64,000 nt of DNA from Haliotis cracherodii. Its lineage: Eukaryota. Every line of letters starts with the position of its first letter. The stretch's first letter is position 1. Below are positions 12,608 through 25,299 of the stretch, in pieces. The notes under the pieces were generated by a model that worked only from the letters and a program-made list of their open reading frames with translations, made no database searches and had not been told where the DNA came from. The stretch is taken from assembly GCF_022045235.1 (NCBI RefSeq), contig NW_027266341.1, positions 18,786,001-18,850,000 on the forward strand. Direction: 5' to 3'. The translations under genes were made by a program, and so were the position numbers.

Positions 12608-12751
12608 AAGGGCGGTGGGGAGCCATATGGTTAAATTGTTCGCTCGTCACGCCGAAGTCCCGGCTTCGATTTCCCACATGGGCAAATTGTGTGAAGTCCA
12701 TTTATGATGCTGGACTATTACTAAAAGCGGCGTAAAACCAGATTCATTCAT
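12608..12751 (+). mobile_element. SINE family A, diverged
   Basis: Matches 11129; TSD tttatcacaaa at 12597-12607 and 12752-12762. Confidence 0.85.
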
Positions 12752-12764
12752 TTTATCACAAAGA

Positions 12765-13070
12765 GGGATGATGCTGTAGCAGCTGCTTCAAAGCGTTTGT
12801 CGTCACGCTGATAACACGGGCTGATGTGTATGATGTGTTTCTAGGTTTCTAGGTTTATCAGCACCATACCCGTGCTCGTGGGTTTCACAGAAGTGGTAAA
12901 CGCATGAGACCTGCATCACTTCGGGCTTTCCTCCCAAATTAAGCTGACACGCCAAAAAAAATGAAAAAAAAATGTTATAACTGGAATAATGTTAAAAGCG
13001 GCGTTAAACCCAACTCACTCACAATCACTCTTGAATATTGCTTAAACGGCGTAAATCGAACCCACTCACC
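12765..13070 (+). mobile_element. Old family A copy interrupted by a 5'-truncated family C copy (about 12830-13025)
   Basis: A-like head, then C body and tail, then a second A-like tail. Confidence 0.7.
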
Positions 13071-13146
13071 CCTTAACAAATCCGAAGAGGTAGAAATTCT
13101 TTACGATAAGGCTTTCCGTTAAAGTCAGAAGTGAGAAGTGACTCAC

Positions 13147-13471
13147 CTGTCCGGCCCATACTGTACCACCTGGAACTTATTGAATCCCTTGGCTGCCAGA
13201 CACGTTCTGTTGTACACAAGCTGTCGCTGGGAGCACTGGCCGAAGCTGGTCTTCCTGTAGGCTCGCCTGGTCACTCGGTCACAGTTCTTGAGGATGTCGC
13301 GGTGCCTCCATAGCCACGGACCGTCTATGAAGACGTCTTGCTTCTCCACCCATCTCGGTAGGTGGCGTAGGTTGAGCCACCACATCCGGGTACTCCAGGG
13401 TTTCAGCGAGCCATCTTCAGACGGGCTTTGTAGGAACTCCGGGAACACGCAGGTTGTCTGGACAAACGTAC
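13147..13471 (-). CDS. Internal coding exon (325 bp, phase 1 in, phase 2 out) of a putative secreted or membrane Cys-containing protein
   Basis: Acceptor ttgacttcttgctccag, donor ag|gtgagt, raised GC, open frame TFVQTTCVFPEFLQSPSEDGSLKPWSTRMWW...CLAAKGFNKFQVVQYGPD. The CxFPxxL..W start resembles invertebrate repeated extracellular domains; family not confirmed. Confidence 0.8.
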
Positions 13472-13540
13472 CTGGAGCAAGAAGTCAACTTGTATATAAC
13501 TGATCATAGCTTGTTGTGTAAGAATACTCAGTCCATATGT

Positions 13541-13786
13541 TTGTTTGTTTGTTTGTTTTTTAACGCCGCACTCAGCAATATTCCAGCTATATGACGGTGG
13601 TCTGGAATTAATCGAGTCTGGACCAGACAATCCAGTGATTTACATCATGAGCATCAATCCACGCAATTGAGATACGGTGACATGCATCAACCGAATCAGC
13701 GAGCCTGACCACCCGATCCCGTTAGTTGCTTCTTACGGCAAGCATGGGTTGCTGCAGACCTATTCCACCCCGGATCTTCACGGTTC
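13541..13786 (-). mobile_element. SINE-like family D (no tRNA head)
   Basis: (aaac)n tail, 5' end ga(a/c)ccgtgaagatccgggg; 14-bp TSD ctcagt(c/a)catatgt at 13527-13540 and 13787-13800. Confidence 0.9.
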
Positions 13787-14504
13787 CTCAGTACATATGT
13801 CACATTATAAATATCCTTACCCGGAACCATTTTGATAAAGTCAGTCTATTGTTGTTGCAGTTGAATATGAGCCAGGAATACACTCGCCATTCTGAACGTG
13901 CATTTCAACAAGTAGAATTGACGCAACTATAGGTCATTATGCAAAATTATATAGAAAACATATATCCACATGGTCTATTTCGGAGAAATCACTCGAATCT
14001 GTTGATTCTCCATTACGTATTGTATCACATGAAAAGGAAAACAAAATTTAGAATGAGAAATTTATGAACCCATTATCACACTAGGTGTATGCGAATGAAT
14101 GCAATGTTAGTGTGGTGGCACCAGGTGTTCGCGAAACAATGTAAAGTAGTGATGACATCAGGAACACGGAAAATTGTAGTTACACAAGTGTTTCAGTATT
14201 TTTCAACACCAGTGCGGAAAAACAATATCTATTGATAATTTAAACACTTGAAAACCGTACATATAAGAATGTATGAATATTATAAACGTTATCGAAACGT
14301 TACAAGGCTGAAAACACTGCAAACATAAGGCCAAAACATAGTTTTAATACCCGCATCAAATACATCATCGTCGAATAACCATTTTTGATTGTTTCATTTC
14401 CAACCACCATCAATGGGTGTATACCTTCATACGTTCCTTTGCGCGTGAGTTTATACTGACAGAATTCATAAACAAAGTGGTAATCATTGATTGTTTCAAT
14501 GAGA

Positions 14505-14755
14505 TTTGTTTCTTTGCAATATTCCGGCTTTATCACGGCGGTCTGTAATAATCGAATCTGGGCCAGACAAACAAGTGATTGATATTATGAGCAACGTCTC
14601 ACGGCGTCGGGTCACGTTAACCATGCCAAACCCTCGAACCGGACCACCCAACCCATTTAGTGGACTCGAACGACGACCGGCGGGCGGTGGGATTGTCCAA
14701 TGGTTCAGTGTTGGAATACTGCTGAAGCGGCGTAAAACCATACTCACTCTCTCTT
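14505..14755. mobile_element. Degenerate family D (minus) plus family A (plus) remnants
   Basis: cggcggtctgtaataatcgaatctgg and gcggcgtaaaaccatactcact. Confidence 0.6.
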
Positions 14756-15069
14756 ACGCAAACCATTAACAAGTACCATTAAATAATTAAATATCTGGCA
14801 ATGACCAGCAATGTTTTCTTACAATGGGTTTCGACTGGAGCAACCATTCTGATCACAAGTTGTTTTTATTTTATTTTGACAAATTGCATTCTGGATGACG
14901 TCCTGAAGTCCGATATGTGACCATGCTGATGAGACAATAACGATCAGAGAAGATTGCTATTTCTTTACATGAATTGTAATCTGCATGGCGTGTTCATGGT
15001 GCTTCCGATATGTGTCAAACTATTCCTATATATTATTTACGACAGTTAATGCCTACCGGAGGGTATATC

Positions 15070-15907
15070 AATTCAATTCAATTTCTTTATTCAACGTACT
15101 GAGGAGGCCACAGGCCTATAGTACAATCATGATTACAGGAGCAATTGATACAATCATATAATTTCCCAACTTGATTTTCTTTGTATAAAAGCATGATATA
15201 TGTACATAGAAAGAATTCTTATGGTTTCAATGTTGCTAGTGGCCAGTAATAGTTTAAACTTAAATGTACAATGGTTTATATGAAACTATTTTGGTAAATA
15301 TATTTTTATTAGTTCATCATAATGCGGACATACTAGTAAAAAGTGATACTCGTCCTCAATTAATCCTAGGTCACATAGTGGACAGAGTCTATTTTCTCTC
15401 GGAATATTTTAATATCTACCTTTCTCAATTAAAAGATCGTGTGATGAACATCGGAATCTTGCAAGTGCTACCCTAAATTTTCTAAGACTAACACTGAAAA
15501 GGTATTGCTCTGCAGTCATATATGACTTGAAACTGCTATATAACAGGGACTTTGGTGAACGCGTTAGAGTTGCATTCCATGACTGAAAATATAAATCTTT
15601 TAATCTTTGCGTTATAGCATTTATGAACAACTTCGGATAAGCAATATGTTCTAATTTAAAAATGTAACCAAAACCACAATTATTTAGCAGGTTCCTTAAG
15701 TCGGTTACCCAATTTGTTTTGCCATTGCTATCATACAAACACATCATATTGTAACATTTCTTAGGGAATCTTGAGGAGGGCATATTAAGTAGTCTTATCC
15801 AATATTTTATTATTTTCAGACGTGCTTCTATACACAAATGGACTCGTCCACATTCACCATAAACCATCACGTTTGGGGTATTAATTTTAACTTTAAAATA
15901 TCGTATC
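15070..15907 (-). mobile_element. 5'-truncated non-LTR retrotransposon 3' end (RTE-X/CR1-like)
   Basis: ORF 15409-15870 VYGECGR..IIKYW..NWV..RFRCSSHDLLIEKGRY followed by CPLC..EDEYHFLLVC knuckle; aataaa plus (ttgaa)n tail; TSD agggtatatc at 15060-15069 and 15908-15917. Confidence 0.88.
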
Positions 15908-16129
15908 AGGGTATATCGTATCAGTGTAACATTCTAATCTGGTGTTTCACCACATGTGGAGGGGTGTGTGAAAGTCGTGCACGAGGTCAGAGTGACAGAC
16001 ATAACAAAATACGTATAGTATGACGTGGTGTGTGTGTGTTGGGGGGGAGGGTTGGGCTGGGTGGGGGGTATATAAATGTCGTATACTAGGTCAGCGCAGC
16101 ATCCAAAACACGTATGTTTTGATGTAGAA

Positions 16130-16268
16130 TGTTCGTGCGCGCGCGTGTGCGTGCGTATGTGTACGTGTGTTTGTATGCATGAGTGTGAGTGCGGATTTGT
16201 GTGTGCTTGCTTGCGTGCGTGCGTGTTTGTGTGAGTGTGAATGTGCGTGTGCGTGCGCGCGTGTGTAT
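16130..16268. repeat. Imperfect (GT/GC)n microsatellite
   Basis: Alternating purine-pyrimidine gtgc/gtgt tract. Confidence 0.85.
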
Positions 16269-16269
16269 G

Positions 16270-16445
16270 TTCCGACTATATCATGACCATGTGTTTATGA
16301 ATCACTATCAAATAGTGATGACACCAGGTGTTCGCGAATAAGTGACCGCACCCTGCCCCACCGGTATTGCATGATGTGGAGTATGCTAACGGTTTGTATA
16401 GGAAACTGGTACCATGTCAGTGTAAAAATCTTCACGTGTGTTTCT
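16270..16445 (-). mobile_element. Solo Naiad-like PLE 3' end (E1)
   Basis: ttccgactat...atcactatcaaatagtgatgacaccaggtgttcgcgaa, homologous to 7787-7910. Confidence 0.8.
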
Positions 16446-16447
16446 GA

Positions 16448-16720
16448 TGGTTGGTTGGTTGGTTTGTTGTTTAACGCCGCACTCAGCAATATAACAGCTA
16501 TATGACGGCGGTCTGTAAATAATCAAGTCTGGACCAGACAATCCAGTGATTAATATCATGAACATCGATCCACGCAACTGGGATACGATGACATGAATCA
16601 ACCAAGTCAGCGAGCCTGACCACCTGATCCCGTTAGTCGCCTTTTACGACAAGCATAGTCACCTTTTACAGCAAGCATGGGTTGCTGAAGACCTATTCTA
16701 CCCCGGAATCTTCACGGGTC
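16448..16720 (-). mobile_element. Family D, full length
   Basis: Matches 13541 and 28254; ends cttcacgggtc on the plus strand. Confidence 0.9.
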
Positions 16721-18002
16721 TTGTTTGTGAAGGACAGTGGAAAAAAATACATATCTAACTATCTAAATGGGAAAACAAATTCATATTAACATTACAGATA
16801 ACGGTTATTCACACAATCCCACACTTAAAATGTGTAACTAGAGACAACAGGCACAGTTGTGGTGGGGATACCATAAATATGATACCTTAATCGCTTCTAC
16901 AAGAAATATTACAACCAACTTCAATGGTTTTCATTGAAAAGTTTCCAATGTAATTTCCATAAATTCCAAATGAGGAAACAGATAAGAAAATTGGAAGCAA
17001 AAAGAATATTACCAAGTTATCTTAATTGTTGCATTATAGAAATTTATGTACATAACACTTTTATCTTAAATGTTGAATGTTTCTTGATTATTCGTAAATT
17101 TACAATTAACGTTCAGTTATGAACATACAGATACTTGGCTTTATCATATAATGGGTAGGTTTCTCGGCAGGATAAAGCCAACGGATAAAAACGATATCCG
17201 TTGGGGTCATATGCGGATAGAGATGCAAATATCAAAGGCCAAGTAGGGACTACTTTCAGTGTTTATAAACAAACATGGCGTCGCACTTGTCATTCGGCGA
17301 TCGAGTCAGAATTAACCATCGTGAATCTGGATAAACTACAGGGATAATTGATACAATTATTTAAAAAACCAGTCTTATATACTGAAAGTCAGTGTCAAAA
17401 CTGCGACGTAACTAAGGCATTTTATAAGTTTGGGCAACTTTGGAGATATAAATTTCGAAACAATTTTGCGAGGGCACTAGGCCTAGCCAAGCAGGATCAG
17501 AAGCCATATCTGTGCTTGTAGACCTCTGCGGCTTGAAACCTTTTCCACAAATAAAAATAGTTGGGTTTAGGCGAAATATGTATGAATTGTTACCTTGTTT
17601 CGTTTTGGCGCTGTGTATACATCTGACTACACTTCTTAACGTTATGACAGAACAGGCCGACTGTGAACAATCACTGGCCGTGATGTCTCATAGACTAGGG
17701 TTAGAGTAGCTTCCCTTTGACAAAGGGCAGTTACTCTAGCGGACAGACTGATAGATTGTCGCGAAAGGCAAGTAAAAACAATTGTTGTTTTGCGTATATG
17801 TTGCTTCGCCACTGTATAAGAAACAGATTTCAGTTTGAACTATATTGGCTACTGTCGCTGTCCGACTGACACATCACCTACCCTGTGACGTAATAAATAT
17901 TAATGCGCGCATTCTAGGATAACTCGCAATGTTTAGGTAATGTTTGTGAGTGAGGGGAAGCGATTTTCAAGCACAGAATTGAAGAATGACATTATATGAT
18001 AA

Positions 18003-18154
18003 AGAGGTTATCACGCTTGTGTGTTTAGGGATGGTAAATATCCTGTATTAGGAATAAACACTATGTATTTAGCTCGCCAAGGCTCGCTAAATACAATGTT
18101 TATTCCTAATGCAGGATATTTACCATCCCCAAACACACTCGCGTGATAACCTCT
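18003..18154. mobile_element. Fold-back palindrome, probable MITE
   Basis: About 70-bp arms agaggttatcacgc...gtatttagc / gctaaatac...gcgtgataacctct around a ~12-bp loop. Confidence 0.8.
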
Positions 18155-19050
18155 GTTTAGCTAATATCTCACAAGTTCAAAATATTGTCTTTAGACACAG
18201 AACAAGATTTAAGAAATCATGTTATTTAAAACGGGATTGTAAATAAATACAGATGATATAGTTTATTTAAAAGATACTGAAAATAAAACATATACATTAT
18301 TTTACCATTTACTGATTTTATAAACTTTTGAAACAGAAAATTGACACATGCACCTTTATAAGAAAGATTACTTACACTGTATATGCATCTATAGGAGAGG
18401 AATATCGTTTATTTTATATGCTTATGTCTTATCACAAAAGCCACATTTTGCACAATAATATCTATTAAAACTCAACACAGTTAAATATTCAAAATGCGAA
18501 CAGCCTCGTTGCCTATCAAGAAATCAGGCTAACAATCATGTTTACACCGCCTTCGAAACATGTAGCTGCCAACCACGTTTAGACAGTACCGGGAGGCAGC
18601 GAATCCCAAGGGAGCCAGGACAGAGTCACATCCTTGTCGCTCTCATCTTACATGGCAGTAATTGGCCTCCCTTTGCACAGGGGATTACCCTTAGCATTGT
18701 TCACATGGCCACTTCGGGAACACCAAGAGCATTGATTCGCGTGGCCAGTGAGGATTCTAAGCTTTCCGTTCATCTGCACTCTTAATTAACAAGTTCTATA
18801 ACATGAAATGAACCTTGATTTTAATCTTTCAGTGATGACGCAGTCTCCAACTTAATTGGATCACTAAAACACATGTGCGTCCTATACAGATTGGTTTTGT
18901 CACTGTGGTGTCATACAAAATATATTTAGAGGCACGTAGTAATTATAATACTAAGTTGGGTTTTAACGTCGCTTTGAACAGGTTTTGTTACATGACAATG
19001 TGTCAACTTAATAACACATTTTGTGCATGCGCTAAATTCTCACCATAAAC

Positions 19051-19429
19051 GACCGCCTCCGTGGTCTAGTTGTAGAGCGTCTGCCCGGAGAGCGGAAGGT
19101 CGGTGGTTCGATCCCCGGCCGCGTCATACCAAAAGACGTTAAAAGATGGTACTTGTTGTTAGTCTGCCTCGGCATTAAGGGGCTAAAACAAGGACTGGTC
19201 GGTTCGGAGTCCGTATACTGTTTCTGAATGGGGTATTCATATTAAACTGCGAGATGGTATCTCAGTGGTCTAGCACTGTAAATCGGCATCAGTCCGGACT
19301 AGTACAATCAGCCACACAAACACACACACGTACATGCACGTCGCTATATAAGTGCAATAATCTTGTACGCGACGTTAAACGCCATTTCATCTCACCTCAC
19401 CTTACCTCACCTCACCTCACCTCACCTCA
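19051..19429 (+). mobile_element. SINE family B, full length
   Basis: A/B boxes, (cacct)n tail, TSD caccataaac at 19041-19050 and 19430-19439. Confidence 0.93.
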
Positions 19430-19519
19430 CACCATAAACCATGCCCAAAGTGTTCATTATTACCCCGATCAGTGGATCAGTGTGCACTCGATTTTTATTC
19501 TCAACTCCCCGGGGATAAT

Positions 19520-19990
19520 ACGTAATGCCGAATCTACAATGTGACGAAGGCACAAGCGCTTATTTGATTAAGGACGGGAATGGTGAACGCCATCCGGGTA
19601 CGACGACAAGCAGTAAACCAGGTCATGGAGCCCAATTCATTTAGTCGCCTCTCGCGACAGTCATCCTCACAGGGCTGCAAAGTGTCAAACTCAGTAAGAC
19701 CTCCAAAATGTCATACAAACAGGCCGGTGAGTTTTGATTTCAAAAGTAACCCAGTAACAACAGTCAACACTTTCAGATATATATTTGAACCTGGGGCAGA
19801 TAAACCATTGGTACAGGGTACACAATGCGTCTTCACTTAAGTCAATTCCTTTAAGAATGGTATACCGCTTGCATACCACACCCCACCTGCTATCCCCAAA
19901 GGGTTACATTGAGTAGGGTGTTCACCTTCGACCACAATGCTATCTCCATTAACACACACCTGACACCCAGTTGATCAGACAACTGAATCT
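19520..19990 (-). mobile_element. Possible very old L1/Tx1-like LINE C-terminal remnant
   Basis: Fragmentary minus-strand peptides LKGID..ICPRFKY and KVL..VTGLLLK..DTLQ..C loosely resemble the zf-RVT region. Confidence 0.25.
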
Positions 19991-20037
19991 CCAGTTCCTG
20001 CATTTACACGAACAACTTCAAATGACCGGCAAGTGTT

Positions 20038-20145
20038 GGTGACGGGTGCCATCGGTGGGGCCCGATACGATCTCCGTTTCGCGAACACCTTATACCACTA
20101 CTTGATAGCGATACGTAAACATATGATATAGTCGGAATCGTACAA
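20038..20145 (+). mobile_element. Solo PLE 3' end (E1)
   Basis: gtgacgggtgccatcggtgggg...ttcgcgaacacct...atagtcggaatcgtaca. Confidence 0.75.
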
Positions 20146-20210
20146 AGGACACTGCGATTTCTTTTGATTATGATTATGGAAATTGTTTCGACGCTTTTGC
20201 CTCCATAAAT

Positions 20211-20557
20211 GTGAGTCGTTTTTAACTCCGTTTTGAACAGAATTTAAGTTATATCACGGTGTGTCTGACATGTACAGGAGGAACGCCCCAAATGAGGCAG
20301 GCCGTAGACGTCTATAACCTTGGTTAAACAATCTGTCTTTGGTTTGTTGCGGACAAACTGAGGATCATAATCAGGGAGATTCGAACCGACTAATGCTCAG
20401 CGGATCCTGGCACGAAATTATTGTCTCGAACGTTTTTGTATAATGACAGGGCCATAACTAACCACCCATGATTTCCTAATCTAGTTGAGACATGGGTGAC
20501 TCAGTCATCTTAGGCGCGCCGCTGCTACACTCACACGCGCGCGCGTGCGCACGCACG

Positions 20558-20600
<43 letters not shown>

Positions 20601-20660
20601 CATGGATATCCTTATATAAGTGCAATAAGACGCGACGTTAAACCCAATTTCCCCTCACAG
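20211..20660. mobile_element. Diverged family C (minus), then a C-like head joined to a family B tail containing (CA)n
   Basis: gtgagtcgtttttaactccg...; gggtgactcagtcatcttaggcgc; ataagtgcaataagacgcgacgttaaac. Confidence 0.6.
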
Positions 20661-21390
20661 TTAATGCAGAAATAAGTTAATCTGGACGACTGCACGAGGT
20701 ATGATATCGTTCATTTTAACCTGATTCGATTAAGTAATGTGTAAAGCAAATCATAAATGAATTAGTAACAAAAACAAGACCAAATACTTAAGATTGTCAT
20801 GGATAACTCCGCGTTAACTAAAACTACACTCAACATTAAAGCTGGGATATAATGTACAAAGTAGGCTGGTGAAGAGTATACATTCCCTTACATCGATATC
20901 CTCCGATAGCATAACCCTGTGGGACTGCCTACAATTGACCGGTCACCGTGTAGTGTCCTCCATGTTGAACCGTCGACCTGCACGTGCAGATAACGCCGTG
21001 ACGTCACATACCGAGTCATCTATTTTGTCATTGTGAATCTGGTGGAACCGACACTGTAAACAGCCAGCAATTGATCCAGCGTTTTGCGACCCCTGCAGAT
21101 GACTATCGCCGGATGATGAATAGCCAGGGCTAATAGCGGCTGCAACGTGGACTCTGTTTATACACCTTCATCACACAAGGGGCGGTGTGTCCTCGTGCAG
21201 GGGGAATCACGTCCGATTTATTATTTTGTATCCTTCTCACCTCTTTTATTTTTTGGGCATATAAGCATATATTAAAATAAATAAATAAAATAAATAAAAT
21301 AACACTTAGTAGACACTTTAAGGAGTACTTCCCTCTGATCAACTGGCAGTAACGGCAGGCTTAGTTCAAGTATCTCAAACTAACCTTGTG

Positions 21391-21421
<31 letters not shown>

Positions 21422-21428
21422 AGTAGTA

Positions 21429-21765
21429 TACTACTCAAAAGAAGTTAAACACTCAGTATAACAGGTTAACTATGATATGAAAGAATCCGGTGTTCTTTAA
21501 CTTCATTTGCGTAACTTCTTTGATAGGCATTTAGAAGTTGGATTACTAAGTAAGGATCAGAATATATGGATGAACAACTTCTTCATTACAGTTAAGAGCG
21601 ATGTTTCTATGTAGGTTCTAACACTGTTATCAAGCAAGTCAACAAGTATATATACAGTCAGGTATATATAACGGTGTTAGAGCCTACACCGAAACGTCGC
21701 ATTTAATTGGATCAAAGAAGTGTTGTTCATCCATTAATTCTCATCCTTATTTCTTTTGAGTAGTA
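21429..21765. mobile_element. Tc1/mariner-type MITE containing a Penelope fold-back
   Basis: TIR tactactcaaaagaa / ttcttttgagtagta flanked by TA. Confidence 0.75.
21513..21750. mobile_element. Penelope pseudo-LTR inverted pair, older copy
   Basis: Homologous to 48173-48390; imperfect palindrome with ggtgtt..acaccgaaacgtcg. Confidence 0.75.
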
Positions 21766-22060
21766 TATATCACTCTTGTAGCGGATGTTTACTCTGGAAG
21801 TACAAAGACAATGCCTCAGTATGTTTGTAGTTCAAGACAGTGTTGCATTCTAGACGGGGAATGATGCTATGAAGTGGATGTGGGGGTGGGGGGGGGGGGG
21901 AGTAGTGGTGGGGGTGGTTTCAAAATGGCGGACATTTTTTCGCAAGTAAGGAACAACGGAATTAAAGAACAAATGTGACCATCAATTCCGTTACAATTGT
22001 GTAATTATTATGTTTACACTTCGGGAATGGACCGACCTTCAAGACGTTTATCATTATCAG

Positions 22061-22226
22061 GGACCCGTTTCGCAAAACGATCATAGCACTACGACTGTCA
22101 TCAACCTATGTTAAAGTATGGGACTTACGATCATATTAGAGCTAGGGCTCCCGTATACGTAAGTCCCATGCTTAAATATGTACTTACAGCAGTCGTAGCC
22201 TAACGACCGCGTCTGAAACGGGGTCC
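22061..22226. mobile_element. MITE related to 53927-54030
   Basis: TIR ggacccgtttc / gaaacggggtcc; internal inverted tatgttaaagtatgggacttacg. Confidence 0.7.
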
Positions 22227-22244
22227 ACTTCATCGGGGCTAAAA

Positions 22245-22912
22245 GCCCCTTTACACAGGGCTGCGACCTTTGTGCCAACTTTGAGCGATCAAAAACTGGC
22301 CAGGACGCTCAATGGTCGCCTGAACCCAGAAAGTCATGTTTCTATGCAACTGATCCAGCAGTTGTTCAGCAGTAACTGCTCGAGTTGTTCAGTGTCTGCA
22401 ACCACAGAGAAACACTGCAGGTACAAGCTCTATATTTATAGCAGGTTGAGGAGGCATTACAGGTAGCTCAAATGAGGGCCATGGTGTCTCAAGGTTTGCC
22501 GTGGTCGCCGAATGAAGGCATGGCGGTCACCACAGTCATCGTTCAATGCACACTGTTTGTCGCCAAAAGGAGGCACAAGGGAGGCAGAAGTATCGCCCAG
22601 ATTTACGGGAATATATTTCAGCAGAACGCATCTATTACCTGGCGACCATTTGCCGACCACTGTGCCTTCATTCTGCAACAACGACAATGCTTGTGCCTCC
22701 TGTCTGCCTCCTTTGAGCCACCTTTGAGCAACCAGGCCCCTCGGCGACCTCGTTCAAAAATTCACGGCGACCATGGCGTCCATGGCCATGTCTGAACCTT
22801 CTTGGAACGACCGAGGCAACTATTCTGCCTCCTTTGAGCCTCCAACGACGACCTGGCAAAGTTTATGATCGCACACGGGAGGCACAAAGGTCGCCATCCT
22901 GTGTAAAGGCCC
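22245..22912. mobile_element. GC-rich non-autonomous DNA transposon (PIF/Harbinger-like)
   Basis: About 32-bp imperfect TIRs cctttacacagg..gcgacctttgtgcc / ggcacaaaggtcgc..cctgtgtaaagg; internal ggcgacc and tgcctcc subrepeats. Confidence 0.75.
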
Positions 22913-22974
22913 CATATAACCTGTCTTGGTTGACTTTCCCTTGTGTGATCAACGCTACTGGCAGTATCTCTCTG

Positions 22975-23100
22975 TGGTGGGGTGGCTTGCCACGCCGAAG
23001 AGGGTTCGATTTCCACATAGGTACACAGTGTGAAGCCTATTTCTGGTGTCCCCCGCCGTTATATTGCAAAAACCGGTGTAAAACCATGTTCATTTACTCC
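22975..23100 (+). mobile_element. Degenerate family A SINE
   Basis: cacgccgaagagggttcgatttcc...tgtgaagcctatttctggtgtcccccgccgt. Confidence 0.75.
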
Positions 23101-23384
23101 ATATTCAACTGTCATTGTCCACATTTTGCTACCAATATCCGCATTTGACCTCTTGCCACGGCGTATCGGTGATGTCCTCAATTCATCTAGGGCCATTTTC
23201 CATACTTTACATATCGTCAATCGCCATATTTTATCACTTTATTTTGACTAAGTTAAAACTGTAAAAGGGAGTAAATCGTAAGTAATTATTACGATCTTGT
23301 TAACATATAAACATAGGTAATGATCCTGAAAAACTCAACTCAAAGACGTAAATATTTTACGTCAACGCCACAGAACCACCAGTC

Positions 23385-23520
23385 TCGGGGATCTGCCAAA
23401 ACATATTCCTTTGGCCGTAAAAGGAAAAATAGTGGTGAAAAATATTTGAATGGGTCACGGACACCAGGTGTTCATGAAAAGGGAAGGCATGTCCTGCCCT
23501 AGCGGTAGCAGCCGCCACTT
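23385..23520 (-). mobile_element. PLE 3'-end subfamily E2
   Basis: gacaccaggtgttc...cctgccctagcggtagcagccgccac; flank matches 49985-50050 inverted. Confidence 0.65.
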
Positions 23521-24979
23521 TCACAATTTGCATAAAGGAAAGCGTTTGTTGTAGTTTATAACGAGTTTATTTCAAGCGAAATATGAGCGCAGTAATTCTG
23601 CATCAGCGGTACCAGATATTACTGGTTATCGCCATGCAAGAGATGCATGACAGTTTATCGCAATTGGGAAGTCAAATCTGCAGTTTTAAGCTCGAGAGAT
23701 CTTTATATCACCAAAGATTACGTACATAGGTATATTCGACTGGCTTGTGCATTGTGTTATATACTAGTATATATACAGCGAAACCTGGTTCCAGAGTCCA
23801 GAGAGAATCAATAACATACTGTGAAAAGTTAATGAAAAACAGATATTTCGTATCACTGCCATGCCATATTAGTAACTATAGTCATAAAAAAACATGGGGT
23901 GTTCTTTAACTTTTTTAAAAGTATTATATAATATATATATATATGATATATAATAGGTCATAGTGCAAACTAGGATTCTTCCAGGTTTCTAAAGTTACAC
24001 CTTCTAAAACGATGTCCAGTGAAACCTTGTTAATCCGGACACCCTGTTCCGGACTATAACTGCTGGGAATACTTATATGTAATAGAACTGACATTCACAC
24101 GAACGTCAATCTGGGCATTTGTTAGTCCTGACTATTTCAGTTTAAGTCCCGTGTCAGGATTGCATCGAGTCAGTGAGGTTCGAGATAATTAGCTTTCGTT
24201 GAAGATAATAAAAATATCTCCAATGATAGATAAAATGAATCTACCCTATAGATCAAACTACACTTCATTATTATCTGTGAAGTCTTTTTATGCTTTACCA
24301 AGACTTTCCTTGAGGCGTTTCATTCACTCACACAAAACATTGAGCTCAATCAAGAAACATAAATATGTCCCTGTTTATTTCTCATAAATATATAACAAAC
24401 TAATATAACATTCTACAATGTAAACATAACAAAAAAAATTGCTGAGTGCCATCTTTACAATAACATACAAGCATGGTTACTTTCTCACCTGTGTGATTTC
24501 TATTGAACTTCGATTGCAGGTAAATTGTTTTCATTTTCAGTGTATGGAGCTAATTATTGCCTATTTCAGCTGATGGACGTAGGTTTTGTTTCCTAGCGAG
24601 TGAGGCAAGGTTTTCACGCTCGGTCAACTCATGGACAGAACCACAGAAGGTCAGCCATTGTGGTCGTCGTTGTCGACGTGTTTGTCAAACACAACATTAT
24701 TAGTGGAAATGTGAAGCATGAACGGTGAAGCAGCCGCGGTATGGATGTGGTTGTGCTTCACCGAATGACACGTCCAGGATTAAAGCAAACTTTATGTTCG
24801 AATTGATTTCTGATTATTTGGCTGACTTGGTTATGAACACAAAGACTCCAAAGATACCTCAAAAGGAAGGTACATGAAGGGGCAATGTTCACCGGGAGAG
24901 ACCAGCATGTTACTAAAGAGGCAGAAAATTAAAGAACGTCAAGGGCGTGAGCTGTTCATCCTTGAACCTCTGTCACTAT

Positions 24980-25202
24980 GTTTTATGTGTTTATGTGTTG
25001 GCGCACACATAAATATTCCAGCTATATAACTTCGGCCTGTAAATCAAGTGATCGATGTTGTGAGCACCGATCCACACCGTCGGGGTGCGATGACACGTAA
25101 TCAACCAAGTCACTGACCCTGACCATCCGATGCACTTGGTCGCCTCTCACGACAGCATGGTTGCTGGGTGGCCTCTTCTAACCCCGAATATCCACGTGGT
25201 CT
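24980..25202 (-). mobile_element. Diverged family D
   Basis: aatattccagctatat...caaccaagtcactgaccctgaccatccgat. Confidence 0.7.
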
Positions 25203-25299
25203 GTTACAACAAAAGCACAAACGAGTCCAGGAAAGATGAAAGTTACAAACTAAGACCCTATCCACACGAGCAGCGGTTGGACACAACGTTTAAGTGTGA

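Noticed and set aside
24490-24535. Alternative phase-1 first exon MKTIYLQSKFNRNHT with cag|gtgag
   Set aside because: It has no hydrophobic signal peptide, and such short matches arise by chance. The 58.5-kb exon fits much better.
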